DNA of 64,000 bases from an uncultured Lachnospiraceae bacterium. Lineage in GTDB: Bacteria > Bacillota > Clostridia > Oscillospirales > CAG-272. The stretch covers positions 17,070 to 81,069 of the forward strand of contig CAZMZJ010000002.1 in assembly GCA_964570825.1 (NCBI GenBank), given 5' to 3'. This document shows, piece by piece, positions 8,423 to 16,654 of the stretch (within the stretch, counting starts at the first letter, position 1; every line of letters starts with the position of its first letter). The notes under the pieces were generated by a model, which was not told where the DNA came from, did not search any database, and worked only from the letters and a program-made list of their open reading frames with translations. Made by a program: the position numbers and the translations under genes.

Positions 8423-10120
8423 ATGAATATACCGCGTTCTGAGTATCCGAGACCGCAGTTCCGCCGCGGAAACTGGATAAACCTTAATGGAGAATGGGAA
8501 TACGAAACCGACAGAGCGGCGTCAGGCCGTGAAAGAGGCTTGCCAAAGGCCGGGTCGCTGCCGGAGAAAATAATCGTTCCGTTCTGCCGCGAAAGCGTGC
8601 TTTCGGGCATCGGCGACAAGGACTTCTGCGAGTGCGTCTGGTACCGCAGGACAGTGAATCTGCCCGAAGAGTGGCTTTCCGCGGGACGCCGAGTAATACT
8701 TCACATCGGCGCGTGCGACTGGAGAACCGAGGTCTGGGTTAACGGAGAATCTGCGGGGACGCATATCGGCGGATATGTTTCATTCTCGTTCGATATCACC
8801 GAAAAAATAAAAGGCGCCGAGAACGTCATAACAATCTGCGCCGAGGATAAACTGCGCTCAGGCACGCAGCCCGGAGGCAAGCAGTCGCAGAGATACGCCT
8901 CATACGGCTGCTCGTACACGCGCACCACCGGCATTTGGCAAACGGTGTGGCTCGAGGCCGTTCCGTCGGGATATATTAAATGTGCGAAATACTACCCTGA
9001 TATAATAAATAAAAAGCTTATAATAGAAGCTTTTTGCGAAGGGTGCGACGGACAGGCTCTGGTCGCCGAAGCGTCGTATGAAGGCAGGCCGGCAGGCGCA
9101 GCGGGTGCGGTTGTTTCCGGCGGCCGCGTCATGATAGAGCTTAAGCTGTTCGATATCTATCTCTGGGAAATCGGAAACGGCCGGCTTTACGATCTTAAGC
9201 TGACTGTCGGCGCCGACAGCGTCGACAGCTATTTCGGAATGCGCAGCATAACGGCCGACAAAGGCGTGCTTGTACTGAACGGCAAGAAGGTTTTTCAGCG
9301 CCTTGTCCTTGATCAGGGCTTTTATCCCGACGGAATTTATACCGCGCGCGAGGAGAGCGAGCTGATTGCGGATATTCAACGCTCGCTCGACTGCGGGTTC
9401 AACGGTGCAAGACTTCACCAGAAGGTATTCGAGCCGAGATTCCTGTATCACTGCGACAGGATGGGCTATATAGTCTGGGGAGAACACGCCAACTGGGGGC
9501 TTGACATTTCAAAGCCCGAAGCATGGCAGGGATTTCTGCCCGAGTGGCTTGAGGTGGTCGAACGTGATTTCAATCATCCGGCGATAATCGGATGGTGCCC
9601 TCTCAATGAAACACAGCCGGATCAGAACACCGAATTTGTAAAAATGCTCGGCATGATGACAAAGGCGCTCGATCCGGCAAGGCTGTATATCGACTCGTCC
9701 GGATGGACGCATGTGCCCGGCGTTGCCGATATAACGGATTGCCATGACTACGACCAGAACCCCGAAACCTTCAGGGCGCGCTATATGGCCGTCGCTGCCG
9801 GCGAGCCTGTCAAAACAAAGCGGAATCCGTACCCGATTTTCCCGACCTTCGTAAGCGAGTACGGCGGAATACGCTGGGCTCCCGAAAACGCCGGCTGGGG
9901 ATACGGCGAGGCGCCGAAGACAGGCGATGAGTTCATCGAACGCTTCAGAGGCCTTACCGAGGCGATTATGCAGAACCCTGTGATGGGAGGGCTTTGCTAC
10001 ACCCAGCTGACCGACGTCGAGCAGGAGGTAAACGGCCTTTACACATATGACCGCAAGCCAAAATTCGATCCGGCCGTGTTCAGGGAGGTTTTGTCGAAGA
10101 AAGCCGCAGCCGAAGACTGA
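8423..10120 (+). CDS. Glycoside hydrolase family 2 (beta-galactosidase/beta-glucuronidase-like)
   Basis: GH2 sugar-binding domain hallmark VWVNGESAGTHIGGYVSFSFDIT. Acid/base region NHPAIIGWCPLNE and nucleophile region FVSEYGG. AAGAGG RBS. Confidence 0.85.
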   Translation: MNIPRSEYPRPQFRRGNWINLNGEWEYETDRAASGRERGLPKAGSLPEKIIVPFCRESVLSGIGDKDFCECVWYRRTVNLPEEWLSAGRRVILHIGACDWRTEVWVNGESAGTHIGGYVSFSFDITEKIKGAENVITICAEDKLRSGTQPGGKQSQRYASYGCSYTRTTGIWQTVWLEAVPSGYIKCAKYYPDIINKKLIIEAFCEGCDGQALVAEASYEGRPAGAAGAVVSGGRVMIELKLFDIYLWEIGNGRLYDLKLTVGADSVDSYFGMRSITADKGVLVLNGKKVFQRLVLDQGFYPDGIYTAREESELIADIQRSLDCGFNGARLHQKVFEPRFLYHCDRMGYIVWGEHANWGLDISKPEAWQGFLPEWLEVVERDFNHPAIIGWCPLNETQPDQNTEFVKMLGMMTKALDPARLYIDSSGWTHVPGVADITDCHDYDQNPETFRARYMAVAAGEPVKTKRNPYPIFPTFVSEYGGIRWAPENAGWGYGEAPKTGDEFIERFRGLTEAIMQNPVMGGLCYTQLTDVEQEVNGLYTYDRKPKFDPAVFREVLSKKAAAED

Positions 10121-10150
10121 TAATAATTTAATAGAGGAGAAAAAGTTGAA

Positions 10151-11158
10151 ATGAAAACAATGAACGCTGCAGTGCTGCACGCGGTCGGTGATTTAAGATA
10201 CGGGACTGTGCCGATGCCCGAAAGGAAGCCGGGCGAGGTGCTTCTGAAAATTATGGCCTGCGGTGTCTGCGGGTCGGACATTCCGCGCGTGTTCGAGAAA
10301 GGCACATACCGCTTCCCCACAATACCCGGCCACGAGTTTGCGGGACTTGTTATTGAAGCGGACGAATGCGACCGCGAGCTTGTGGGAAAGAAAGCGGCGG
10401 TATTTCCGCTTCTGCCATGCAGGAAATGCGCCGCCTGTGAAATAGGCGAGTATGCGAGCTGCTCCGACTATGATTATTACGGCTCCCGCCGCGACGGCGG
10501 ATTCGCCGAGTATATCTCGGTTGACAAGCGGAATCTTGTGATGGTGCCTGACACCCTTTCGTATGCCTGCGCTTCCCTCTGCGAGCCGGGGGCAGTCGCC
10601 CGCGCCGCAGTGCGCCGGATGGATGTTCAGCTCGGAGATACGGCGGTAGTTTACGGCGCTGGGCCTATCGGTCTTATCGCCGCGCAGTGGATACGCGAGG
10701 CGGGAGCCGGATGCGTTCGCGTCGTCGACATAAGCCCGGAGAAGATTGAGTTTGCTGAAAAATTCGGCTTTCTGCCTTATGATGAAAAGCACGACGGGAA
10801 GGCAGACTGCGTGCTGGAGGGAACCGGAGCGTCGCCCGCGCTGAACAACGCTATTCTTTCGCTCAAATCCCACGGGCGTCTTGTGCTGATGGGCAACCCG
10901 GCAAAGGATATGACGATAGCTCAGTCTACCTACTCGCAGATACTCCGCAAGGAAATCAGCCTGCGCGGCACATGGAATTCTTCATACAACCAGTCAGTCA
11001 ACGACTGGGCTGAAACAATCAAGGCCATGTCGTCGGGCAAAATCAAATTCGAGGAGCTGATAACCCACCGCTACCCGCTTGCGAAAACCGCCGAGGCGCT
11101 CGAGATGATGCGCTCCCGTCAGGTGTTTTACACGAAGGTTACAATAATAAATGAATAA
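10151..11158 (+). CDS. Zn-dependent medium-chain dehydrogenase (sorbitol / galactitol-1-phosphate dehydrogenase-like)
   Basis: CGVCGSD and GHEFAG zinc motifs, structural-zinc Cys cluster CRKCAACEIGEYASC, Rossmann VYGAGPIGL. Confidence 0.85.
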   Translation: MKTMNAAVLHAVGDLRYGTVPMPERKPGEVLLKIMACGVCGSDIPRVFEKGTYRFPTIPGHEFAGLVIEADECDRELVGKKAAVFPLLPCRKCAACEIGEYASCSDYDYYGSRRDGGFAEYISVDKRNLVMVPDTLSYACASLCEPGAVARAAVRRMDVQLGDTAVVYGAGPIGLIAAQWIREAGAGCVRVVDISPEKIEFAEKFGFLPYDEKHDGKADCVLEGTGASPALNNAILSLKSHGRLVLMGNPAKDMTIAQSTYSQILRKEISLRGTWNSSYNQSVNDWAETIKAMSSGKIKFEELITHRYPLAKTAEALEMMRSRQVFYTKVTIINE

Positions 11159-11168
11159 AGGAGCTGAT

Positions 11169-13034
11169 ATGACAATCAAAACAAACGGGCTAAGACAGGT
11201 CGAACATAACGTCGATTTTTGCGTTGTCGGAGGCGGTCTTGCCGGAATGTTCGCAGCGATATCGGCGGCAAGAGAGGGCGCGAAGGTTGTTCTGATGCAG
11301 GACCGCCCGGTGCTCGGCGGAAACGCGTCGAGCGAAATACGCATGTGGGTGCGCGGCGCGGCGGGCTCCAAGGATATTAAAATCAACAATTACAACCGCG
11401 AAACCGGACTTATCGCCGAACTCGAAGAGGAGAACATCTACATCAACCCCACTTTGAACTACTCAATCTGGGACAGCGTGCTCTGGAATATGGTGAAGTC
11501 GGAGAAAAACATCACTCTGCTTCTCAACTGCTCCTGCGCCGACGCCGATATGGACGGGAGCAGGATAAAATGCGTCAAGGGCTGGCAGCTGACCACATAT
11601 ACATGGCACACTGTTTATGCGAAGTATTTTGCCGACTGCTCGGGCGACTCGATTCTGGCTCCCGTCACCGGAGCCCTGTACCGGATCGGCAGAGAGGGAA
11701 ACAGCGAGTACAACGAAACCATCGGGCCCGCCGTCGGCGACAGGAGGACTATGGGAATGTCCTGCCTTATAGAAGCCCGTGAGACCGACCATCCGGTGGA
11801 ATTCAAGGCTCCCGAATGGGCGCATGTATACATTAATGATTCGGATTTTGATTTCGTCAATGATACGAATGCTTCCGATTTTCCGCACTGCTCGGCTGAG
11901 GCGAGGGAAAAAGCCCGCCGGATAAGCCGTACGCACACGCTCGGAACAAACGGAACAAACTTCTGGTGGATAGAGCTGGGCGGAGAAAACGACAGCATTC
12001 ACGACACCGAGGAGCTGCGCGACGAGCTGCTGAAAATCGCCTTCGGCATTTGGGACCACATCAAAAACCGCGGAGACCACGGCGCCGAGAACTGGGAGCT
12101 TGAGTGGGTGGGGTTCCTTCCCGGCAAGCGCGAGAGCCGCAGGTACATAGGCCCTTACATACTTACCCAGAACGATATCGAATCCGGGGGACATTTTGAC
12201 GATATTGTAGCGTACGGCGGCTGGCCGATGGATGACCACAACCCCGGTGGATTCTACGCAAAGCATTCAGAGCCCGCCTCGCTTCTGCACCCCACGCCGT
12301 CGCCCTACGGTATACCCTACCGCGTTCTTTACTCGAAAAATATCGAAAACCTTTTCTTTGCCGGACGCAATATCAGCGCGACGCACGCCGCCATGTCGTC
12401 CACCAGAGTAATGGGCACCTGCGCAGTGCTCGGTCAGGCTATGGGAACCGCCGCCGGAATGTGCGCTGCAAGAGGCATCACTCCGAACTGCATTTATGAA
12501 TCTTATATAGGCGAGCTTCAGGCAAAGCTTCAGGAAGCAGGCTGCTGGCTGCCCTGGAAGGTCAGAAAAATACCCGAACTTTCTCTTTCGGCGAAGCTGA
12601 ATTTATCCGATGCGGAACGTGCCGTATTGTTCAACGGAATTGAAAGGCCGACCGGCGATGGCAAAAACAACTATATAACCCTTCCGCTCGGCGGCGAAAT
12701 CAGGTTCAGCTTTGACAAGCCCGAGAAAGTGGAGGAGCTACGGATTGCTGCCGATCCGGATTTTTCGAGAGAATCGGTTTCGGTCAATAAAAAAATGCGC
12801 GTTTTCGCGCAAAAGGCTTCGACCGGACTTGATTTCAAACCGATGAAGGTCGCCGCTACACTGGTAAAGGCTTTTGAGGTTTATGCCGACGGAAAACTTT
12901 TATACTCAACCGACAGGTGTCATCATTCTCTTGTTAAAATACCGGTCGGACGCTATGTTGAAGAACTTTGCGTCAGATTCCTTGAGACCTGGGGTGCTGA
13001 TGAAGTTCATATTTTCTCATGTGACATTAAATAA
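11169..13034 (+). CDS. FAD-dependent oxidoreductase (FAD_oxidored/PF12831-like) with C-terminal beta-rich domain
   Basis: Dinucleotide-binding motif DFCVVGGGLAGMFAAISAAREG. Start moved to the ATG at 11169, which has AAAGGAG 5 nt upstream. The track ORF start at 11151 overlaps the upstream stop. Confidence 0.7.
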   Translation: MTIKTNGLRQVEHNVDFCVVGGGLAGMFAAISAAREGAKVVLMQDRPVLGGNASSEIRMWVRGAAGSKDIKINNYNRETGLIAELEEENIYINPTLNYSIWDSVLWNMVKSEKNITLLLNCSCADADMDGSRIKCVKGWQLTTYTWHTVYAKYFADCSGDSILAPVTGALYRIGREGNSEYNETIGPAVGDRRTMGMSCLIEARETDHPVEFKAPEWAHVYINDSDFDFVNDTNASDFPHCSAEAREKARRISRTHTLGTNGTNFWWIELGGENDSIHDTEELRDELLKIAFGIWDHIKNRGDHGAENWELEWVGFLPGKRESRRYIGPYILTQNDIESGGHFDDIVAYGGWPMDDHNPGGFYAKHSEPASLLHPTPSPYGIPYRVLYSKNIENLFFAGRNISATHAAMSSTRVMGTCAVLGQAMGTAAGMCAARGITPNCIYESYIGELQAKLQEAGCWLPWKVRKIPELSLSAKLNLSDAERAVLFNGIERPTGDGKNNYITLPLGGEIRFSFDKPEKVEELRIAADPDFSRESVSVNKKMRVFAQKASTGLDFKPMKVAATLVKAFEVYADGKLLYSTDRCHHSLVKIPVGRYVEELCVRFLETWGADEVHIFSCDIK

Positions 13035-13058
13035 ATTAACGAAAGGCAGGAAATAAAA

Positions 13059-13937
13059 ATGCGTTTGTCGGCCATGTCAAACCTTTTCTATGAGAACAGG
13101 GAGGACCAGAAGAATTACCTTAATTCGGTAAGAAAAACACACGAAGCCGGTTTTAAGGTAATGGACTTCAATATGTGTCCTTTCCAGCGCCACGAAACCG
13201 AGTTGCTCGGGGACGACTGGGAAGAGCGCGTCTATGAAATTGCGAACGAAGCCGCAAAGCTCGGAATTGAGTTTTCGCAGTCGCATCCGCCTTATCCGAA
13301 GCCCGCGGCAAGGCGCAAATCCCCCCTTGACGAGGGCTGCGAGCTGAATGAGTTTATTATCCGGGCGACAGAGCGCTCCATCCGCATCAGCGCGATGCTC
13401 GGCGTAAAATGGGCCGTAATGCATCCGGTTCAGGATTTTGAGAACGGAGAGCTTGACCTTGAAAATGATCTTGCCTACAACCATAGAATTTACGACAGGT
13501 ATTTTGAGCTCGCCTCCTCTCTCGGCGTCGGAATCGCGTTTGAGAATATGGCCGACATTGACGGCAAACGCCGTTTCGGCTCCACTCCGGACGAGCTGAA
13601 CGCCCTTGTGGATTCATACAATTCCAGGTATGTAGGCGCGTGCTGGGACTTCGGGCACGGCAACCGTATGTTCGCCGACCAGTCAAAAGCGCTTGCAAGA
13701 CTCGGAAGCCGTCTTAAAGCAACGCATCTTGACGACAACGTCGGGAAGGACGATCTGCACACGCTGCCGTTTTTCGGTAACATCAACTGGCCTGATACGG
13801 TCAAAACCCTCCGCTCGATAAATTATGACGGGGATCTTACATATGAAATCAATGTTTTCAAGAGAATGCCTGCCGAGCTGCTTATGCCTTCGGTGAAGTA
13901 CGCGCGCGAAATAGGTGAATACCTGCTGAAGCTGTGA
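13059..13937 (+). CDS. Sugar phosphate isomerase/epimerase (xylose isomerase-like TIM barrel, AP_endonuc_2 family)
   Basis: Metal-site pattern WAVMHP, AFENM, WDFGHGN, THLDDN, typical of the family. Confidence 0.75.
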   Translation: MRLSAMSNLFYENREDQKNYLNSVRKTHEAGFKVMDFNMCPFQRHETELLGDDWEERVYEIANEAAKLGIEFSQSHPPYPKPAARRKSPLDEGCELNEFIIRATERSIRISAMLGVKWAVMHPVQDFENGELDLENDLAYNHRIYDRYFELASSLGVGIAFENMADIDGKRRFGSTPDELNALVDSYNSRYVGACWDFGHGNRMFADQSKALARLGSRLKATHLDDNVGKDDLHTLPFFGNINWPDTVKTLRSINYDGDLTYEINVFKRMPAELLMPSVKYAREIGEYLLKL

Positions 13938-13950
13938 TTTCAATAAAAAC

Positions 13951-13981
13951 AAAACCGGAACATAAGAATGTTCCGGTTTTT
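13951..13981. terminator. Bidirectional terminator between the isomerase gene and the small membrane protein gene
   Basis: CCGGAACAT - AAGA - ATGTTCCGG, flanked by AAAA and TTTTT. Confidence 0.75.
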
Positions 13982-13996
13982 GAGTTCGCAGCGGTT

Positions 13997-14236
13997 TTAT
14001 TTGGCGGAGGCAATTTCCTCGGCTTTGTCGGCTTCATCCTCGAAGCAAACATCGCAATCGTCACATCCGTCGTCAAGAAAATCTTCGCACTCATCGTCGC
14101 AAAGACTGAAATATTTGTTGAACAACTTATAAATGACAAGCGCGATGGCGCTTGCGGCCGCGATTACCGCTATTGTAATGGCGAAAATCTTAAAATAGTT
14201 CGTTTTCTTAGGTTCTTTTCTCCAATGGCTCATCAT
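13997..14236 (-). CDS. Small single-pass membrane protein with acidic Cys-rich tail, function unknown
   Basis: AGGGAGG RBS 7 nt upstream of the ATG. One TM (FKIFAITIAVIAAASAIALVIY), then CDDECEDFLDDGCDDCDVCFEDE. Shares a bidirectional terminator with the upstream convergent gene. Confidence 0.55.
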   Translation of the reverse strand: MMSHWRKEPKKTNYFKIFAITIAVIAAASAIALVIYKLFNKYFSLCDDECEDFLDDGCDDCDVCFEDEADKAEEIASAK

Positions 14237-14428
14237 AGCGTAACCTCCCTGTGGCTTGTGTTTCGCCCGGATTCCGGCCGGACGCCCGATAAAAATAAAT
14301 ATATTATATCATCAGTTCCAGTATATCATAAATATGGAGAAATGAAATGAATTATTTGTAAATTTATTCTTATCTGTTTGTGAAAGAAATATTCAGGCGA
14401 ATGTATTTTTGCATCTCCCACTTTTTTT

Positions 14429-14486
14429 CGGAGCAATTATCTGCTATAATTATAATTCGGAGCAAATATCTGCTATAATTATAATA
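14429..14486 (+). repeat. Tandem 29-bp duplication carrying TATAATTATAAT
   Basis: CGGAGCAATTATCTGCTATAATTATAATT / CGGAGCAAATATCTGCTATAATTATAATA (2 mismatches), about 30 nt upstream of the prmC start. Confidence 0.85.
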
Positions 14487-14516
14487 ATGAATCGGCGGCG
14501 GAAAGGAACATCCGGC

Positions 14517-15341
14517 ATGACATACGATGAAATCAAAAAACTCCTTTTCAAAGCGGGAATTGAAGATTCGGGATATGAGGCGGCGCTGCTCGTTGAAAAG
14601 TTCTGCGGGATAAGGCAGTCGGACATACCGCTCTTGCGCGGGCGCAGTTTTTCAAATCCCGGCCTTGAGGCAGCGGTAAAGCGCCGGACGGAGCGCTGCC
14701 CGCTGCAGTATATCCTCGGAGAATGGGGGTTCTGCGGTGAAACATATGAAGTTTCCCCGGCGTGCCTCATACCGCGACCGGATACCGAGCTGCTTGTGGA
14801 AACCGCAGCGGAGCTGATACCCGCAAACGGAAATTTCATCGATGCCGGAACAGGCAGCGGATGCGTTTCCATATCCCTCCTTGCGCTAAGGCCGGACCTC
14901 ACCGGAACCGCTTTTGACATTTCGCCCGAAGCGCTCGCCATAGCAGGCAGAAATTCCGCGCGGAACAAGACGGCAGACAGACTGACGCTAAAAAATGGAG
15001 ATATGCTCGACCAGAATTTCTGGAATACCGCCGGAAAGTTTGACGCTGTTGTGTCAAATCCGCCTTATATACCCGGCGATGAAATAGCCGGTCTTGAGCC
15101 TGAACTGTGTCATGAGCCGCTTCTTGCGCTTTTCGGCGGGCCGGACGGTCTTGACTTTTACCGGAGCATTATAAAATACGCCGGCGCGGCGCTGAAAGAT
15201 GGGGGAATCATGCTCCTTGAGGTCGGATTCGGCGAGGCGGACGGCGTCTCGGCGATTGCCAAGGCGGGCGGATATTGTGCTGAAACCCTGAATGACATCG
15301 AAGGGCGGGGACGGGTTGTGGTTCTTCGGAAAAATCGCTGA
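14517..15341 (+). CDS. prmC: Peptide chain release factor N5-glutamine methyltransferase
   Basis: SAM-binding GTGSG and NPPY motif (VVSNPPYI). Start set to the ATG at 14517 (GGAAAGGAAC upstream) rather than the track ORF start at 14409, which runs through promoter-like repeats. Confidence 0.85.
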   Translation: MTYDEIKKLLFKAGIEDSGYEAALLVEKFCGIRQSDIPLLRGRSFSNPGLEAAVKRRTERCPLQYILGEWGFCGETYEVSPACLIPRPDTELLVETAAELIPANGNFIDAGTGSGCVSISLLALRPDLTGTAFDISPEALAIAGRNSARNKTADRLTLKNGDMLDQNFWNTAGKFDAVVSNPPYIPGDEIAGLEPELCHEPLLALFGGPDGLDFYRSIIKYAGAALKDGGIMLLEVGFGEADGVSAIAKAGGYCAETLNDIEGRGRVVVLRKNR

Positions 15342-15451
15342 TATTCTGGCAGATTGACCGTCGGCAAATGCTTGCGGGTAGCAATAATATCGAATCAGGA
15401 AAAGTATAATTTCAGGCGGACAGCCTGAAAATTCAGAATGAAAGGCAGTGT

Positions 15452-16507
15452 TTGAAATTGAATATCGTTGTTCTTGCCGGGGGACTCTCCCCGGAAAGGG
15501 ATGTGTCGCTTGTTTCGGGCGGCCTTATTGCCCGCGCGCTGGCAGAGCGCGGACATAAGGTTTTGATGCTCGACGTTTACGAAGGTATAAAACTTGAAGG
15601 AAAGCCGGTAGCCGGACTTTTCACCGGCAAGCCGGATTGTGATTACAAGGTATCTCAGACGGTTCCCGACCTTGAGGAGATCAAGCGCCGCAACAAAGGA
15701 CGCTGCGAGCTTATCGGAGAGGGCGTCATGGAAGTCTGCCGTGCGGCGGACGTAGTTTTCATAGCTCTGCACGGCGGCATGGGAGAAAACGGTCAGCTTC
15801 AGGCAACCTTCGACAATTTTAACATTAAGTACACTGGTTCAGGTTACATAGGCAGCCTGCTTGCAATGGATAAAGACATCAGCAAGCGTATGCTGAAGCT
15901 CGGCGGAATTCCGACGCCCGGATGGATTTTATATGATGTCAAGAACGACAGGCCCGAAAAAATTATCAACGAAGTCGGGCTTCCGTGCGTCGTCAAGCCG
16001 GATTCATGCGGTTCGAGCGTCGGCGTGTCGATGGTTGAAGAGCGTTCGGAGCTCGACGCGGCGCTGTCGTTTGCCGCAAGGTATGAAAGATATCTGATCG
16101 TCGAGAGAAAGATATCCGGGCGCGAGTTTTCGGTCGGCGTGCTTAACGGCCGGGTTCTGCCGGCTATAGAGATTATACCGAAGAGCGGGTTTTATGATTA
16201 CAAAAACAAGTACCAGAGCGGACTCACCGAGGAAATCTGCCCGGCTCGCCTGACCGAGGCCGAAGTCGGCAAGCTTGAGAGATACACGCTCGGCGTATTC
16301 TCAAATCTGCGGCTTTACGGTTATGCCCGTATTGACTTCATACTCGACCGTGACGGCGAGTTCTGGTGCCTTGAGGCGAACACTCTGCCGGGCATGACAC
16401 CTATGAGCCTGCTTCCGCAGGAGGCCGCTGCGGCGGGAATAAGCTATGGCGAGCTCTGCGAGATGATCGCTCTTCAGGGGCTTGAAAGAAAGAAAAAATC
16501 GGAATAA
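15452..16507 (+). CDS. ddl: D-alanine--D-alanine ligase
   Basis: ATP-grasp enzyme with LHGGMGENGQLQ, CVVKP..GSSVG and EANTLPGMT motifs. TTG start. Confidence 0.9.
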   Translation: MKLNIVVLAGGLSPERDVSLVSGGLIARALAERGHKVLMLDVYEGIKLEGKPVAGLFTGKPDCDYKVSQTVPDLEEIKRRNKGRCELIGEGVMEVCRAADVVFIALHGGMGENGQLQATFDNFNIKYTGSGYIGSLLAMDKDISKRMLKLGGIPTPGWILYDVKNDRPEKIINEVGLPCVVKPDSCGSSVGVSMVEERSELDAALSFAARYERYLIVERKISGREFSVGVLNGRVLPAIEIIPKSGFYDYKNKYQSGLTEEICPARLTEAEVGKLERYTLGVFSNLRLYGYARIDFILDRDGEFWCLEANTLPGMTPMSLLPQEAAAAGISYGELCEMIALQGLERKKKSE

Positions 16508-16581
16508 TCAGGGATCAGCGGTGGGACGGTGTTGTCGCGTTGCAATGTTGCCGTCCCGCCTCCCGCCGCTTTTATAACAAA

Positions 16582-16625
16582 AACAGCCTTCAAACGGTTT
16601 CATACCGCGCAAAGGCTGTTTTTTA
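16582..16625. terminator. Terminator between ddl and the P-type ATPase gene (convergent)
   Basis: AACAGCCTT - 21 nt - AAGGCTGTT, followed by TTTTT. The loop is long, so strength is uncertain. Confidence 0.45.
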
Positions 16626-16654
16626 TTAAAATCTGACAAATGGAAAAGATTGTA

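Noticed and set aside
14409-14516. N-terminal 36 codons of the track ORF for prmC.
   Set aside because: They read through the duplicated TATAAT promoter-like repeat. The conserved PrmC N-terminus begins at the ATG at 14517, which has its own purine-rich RBS.
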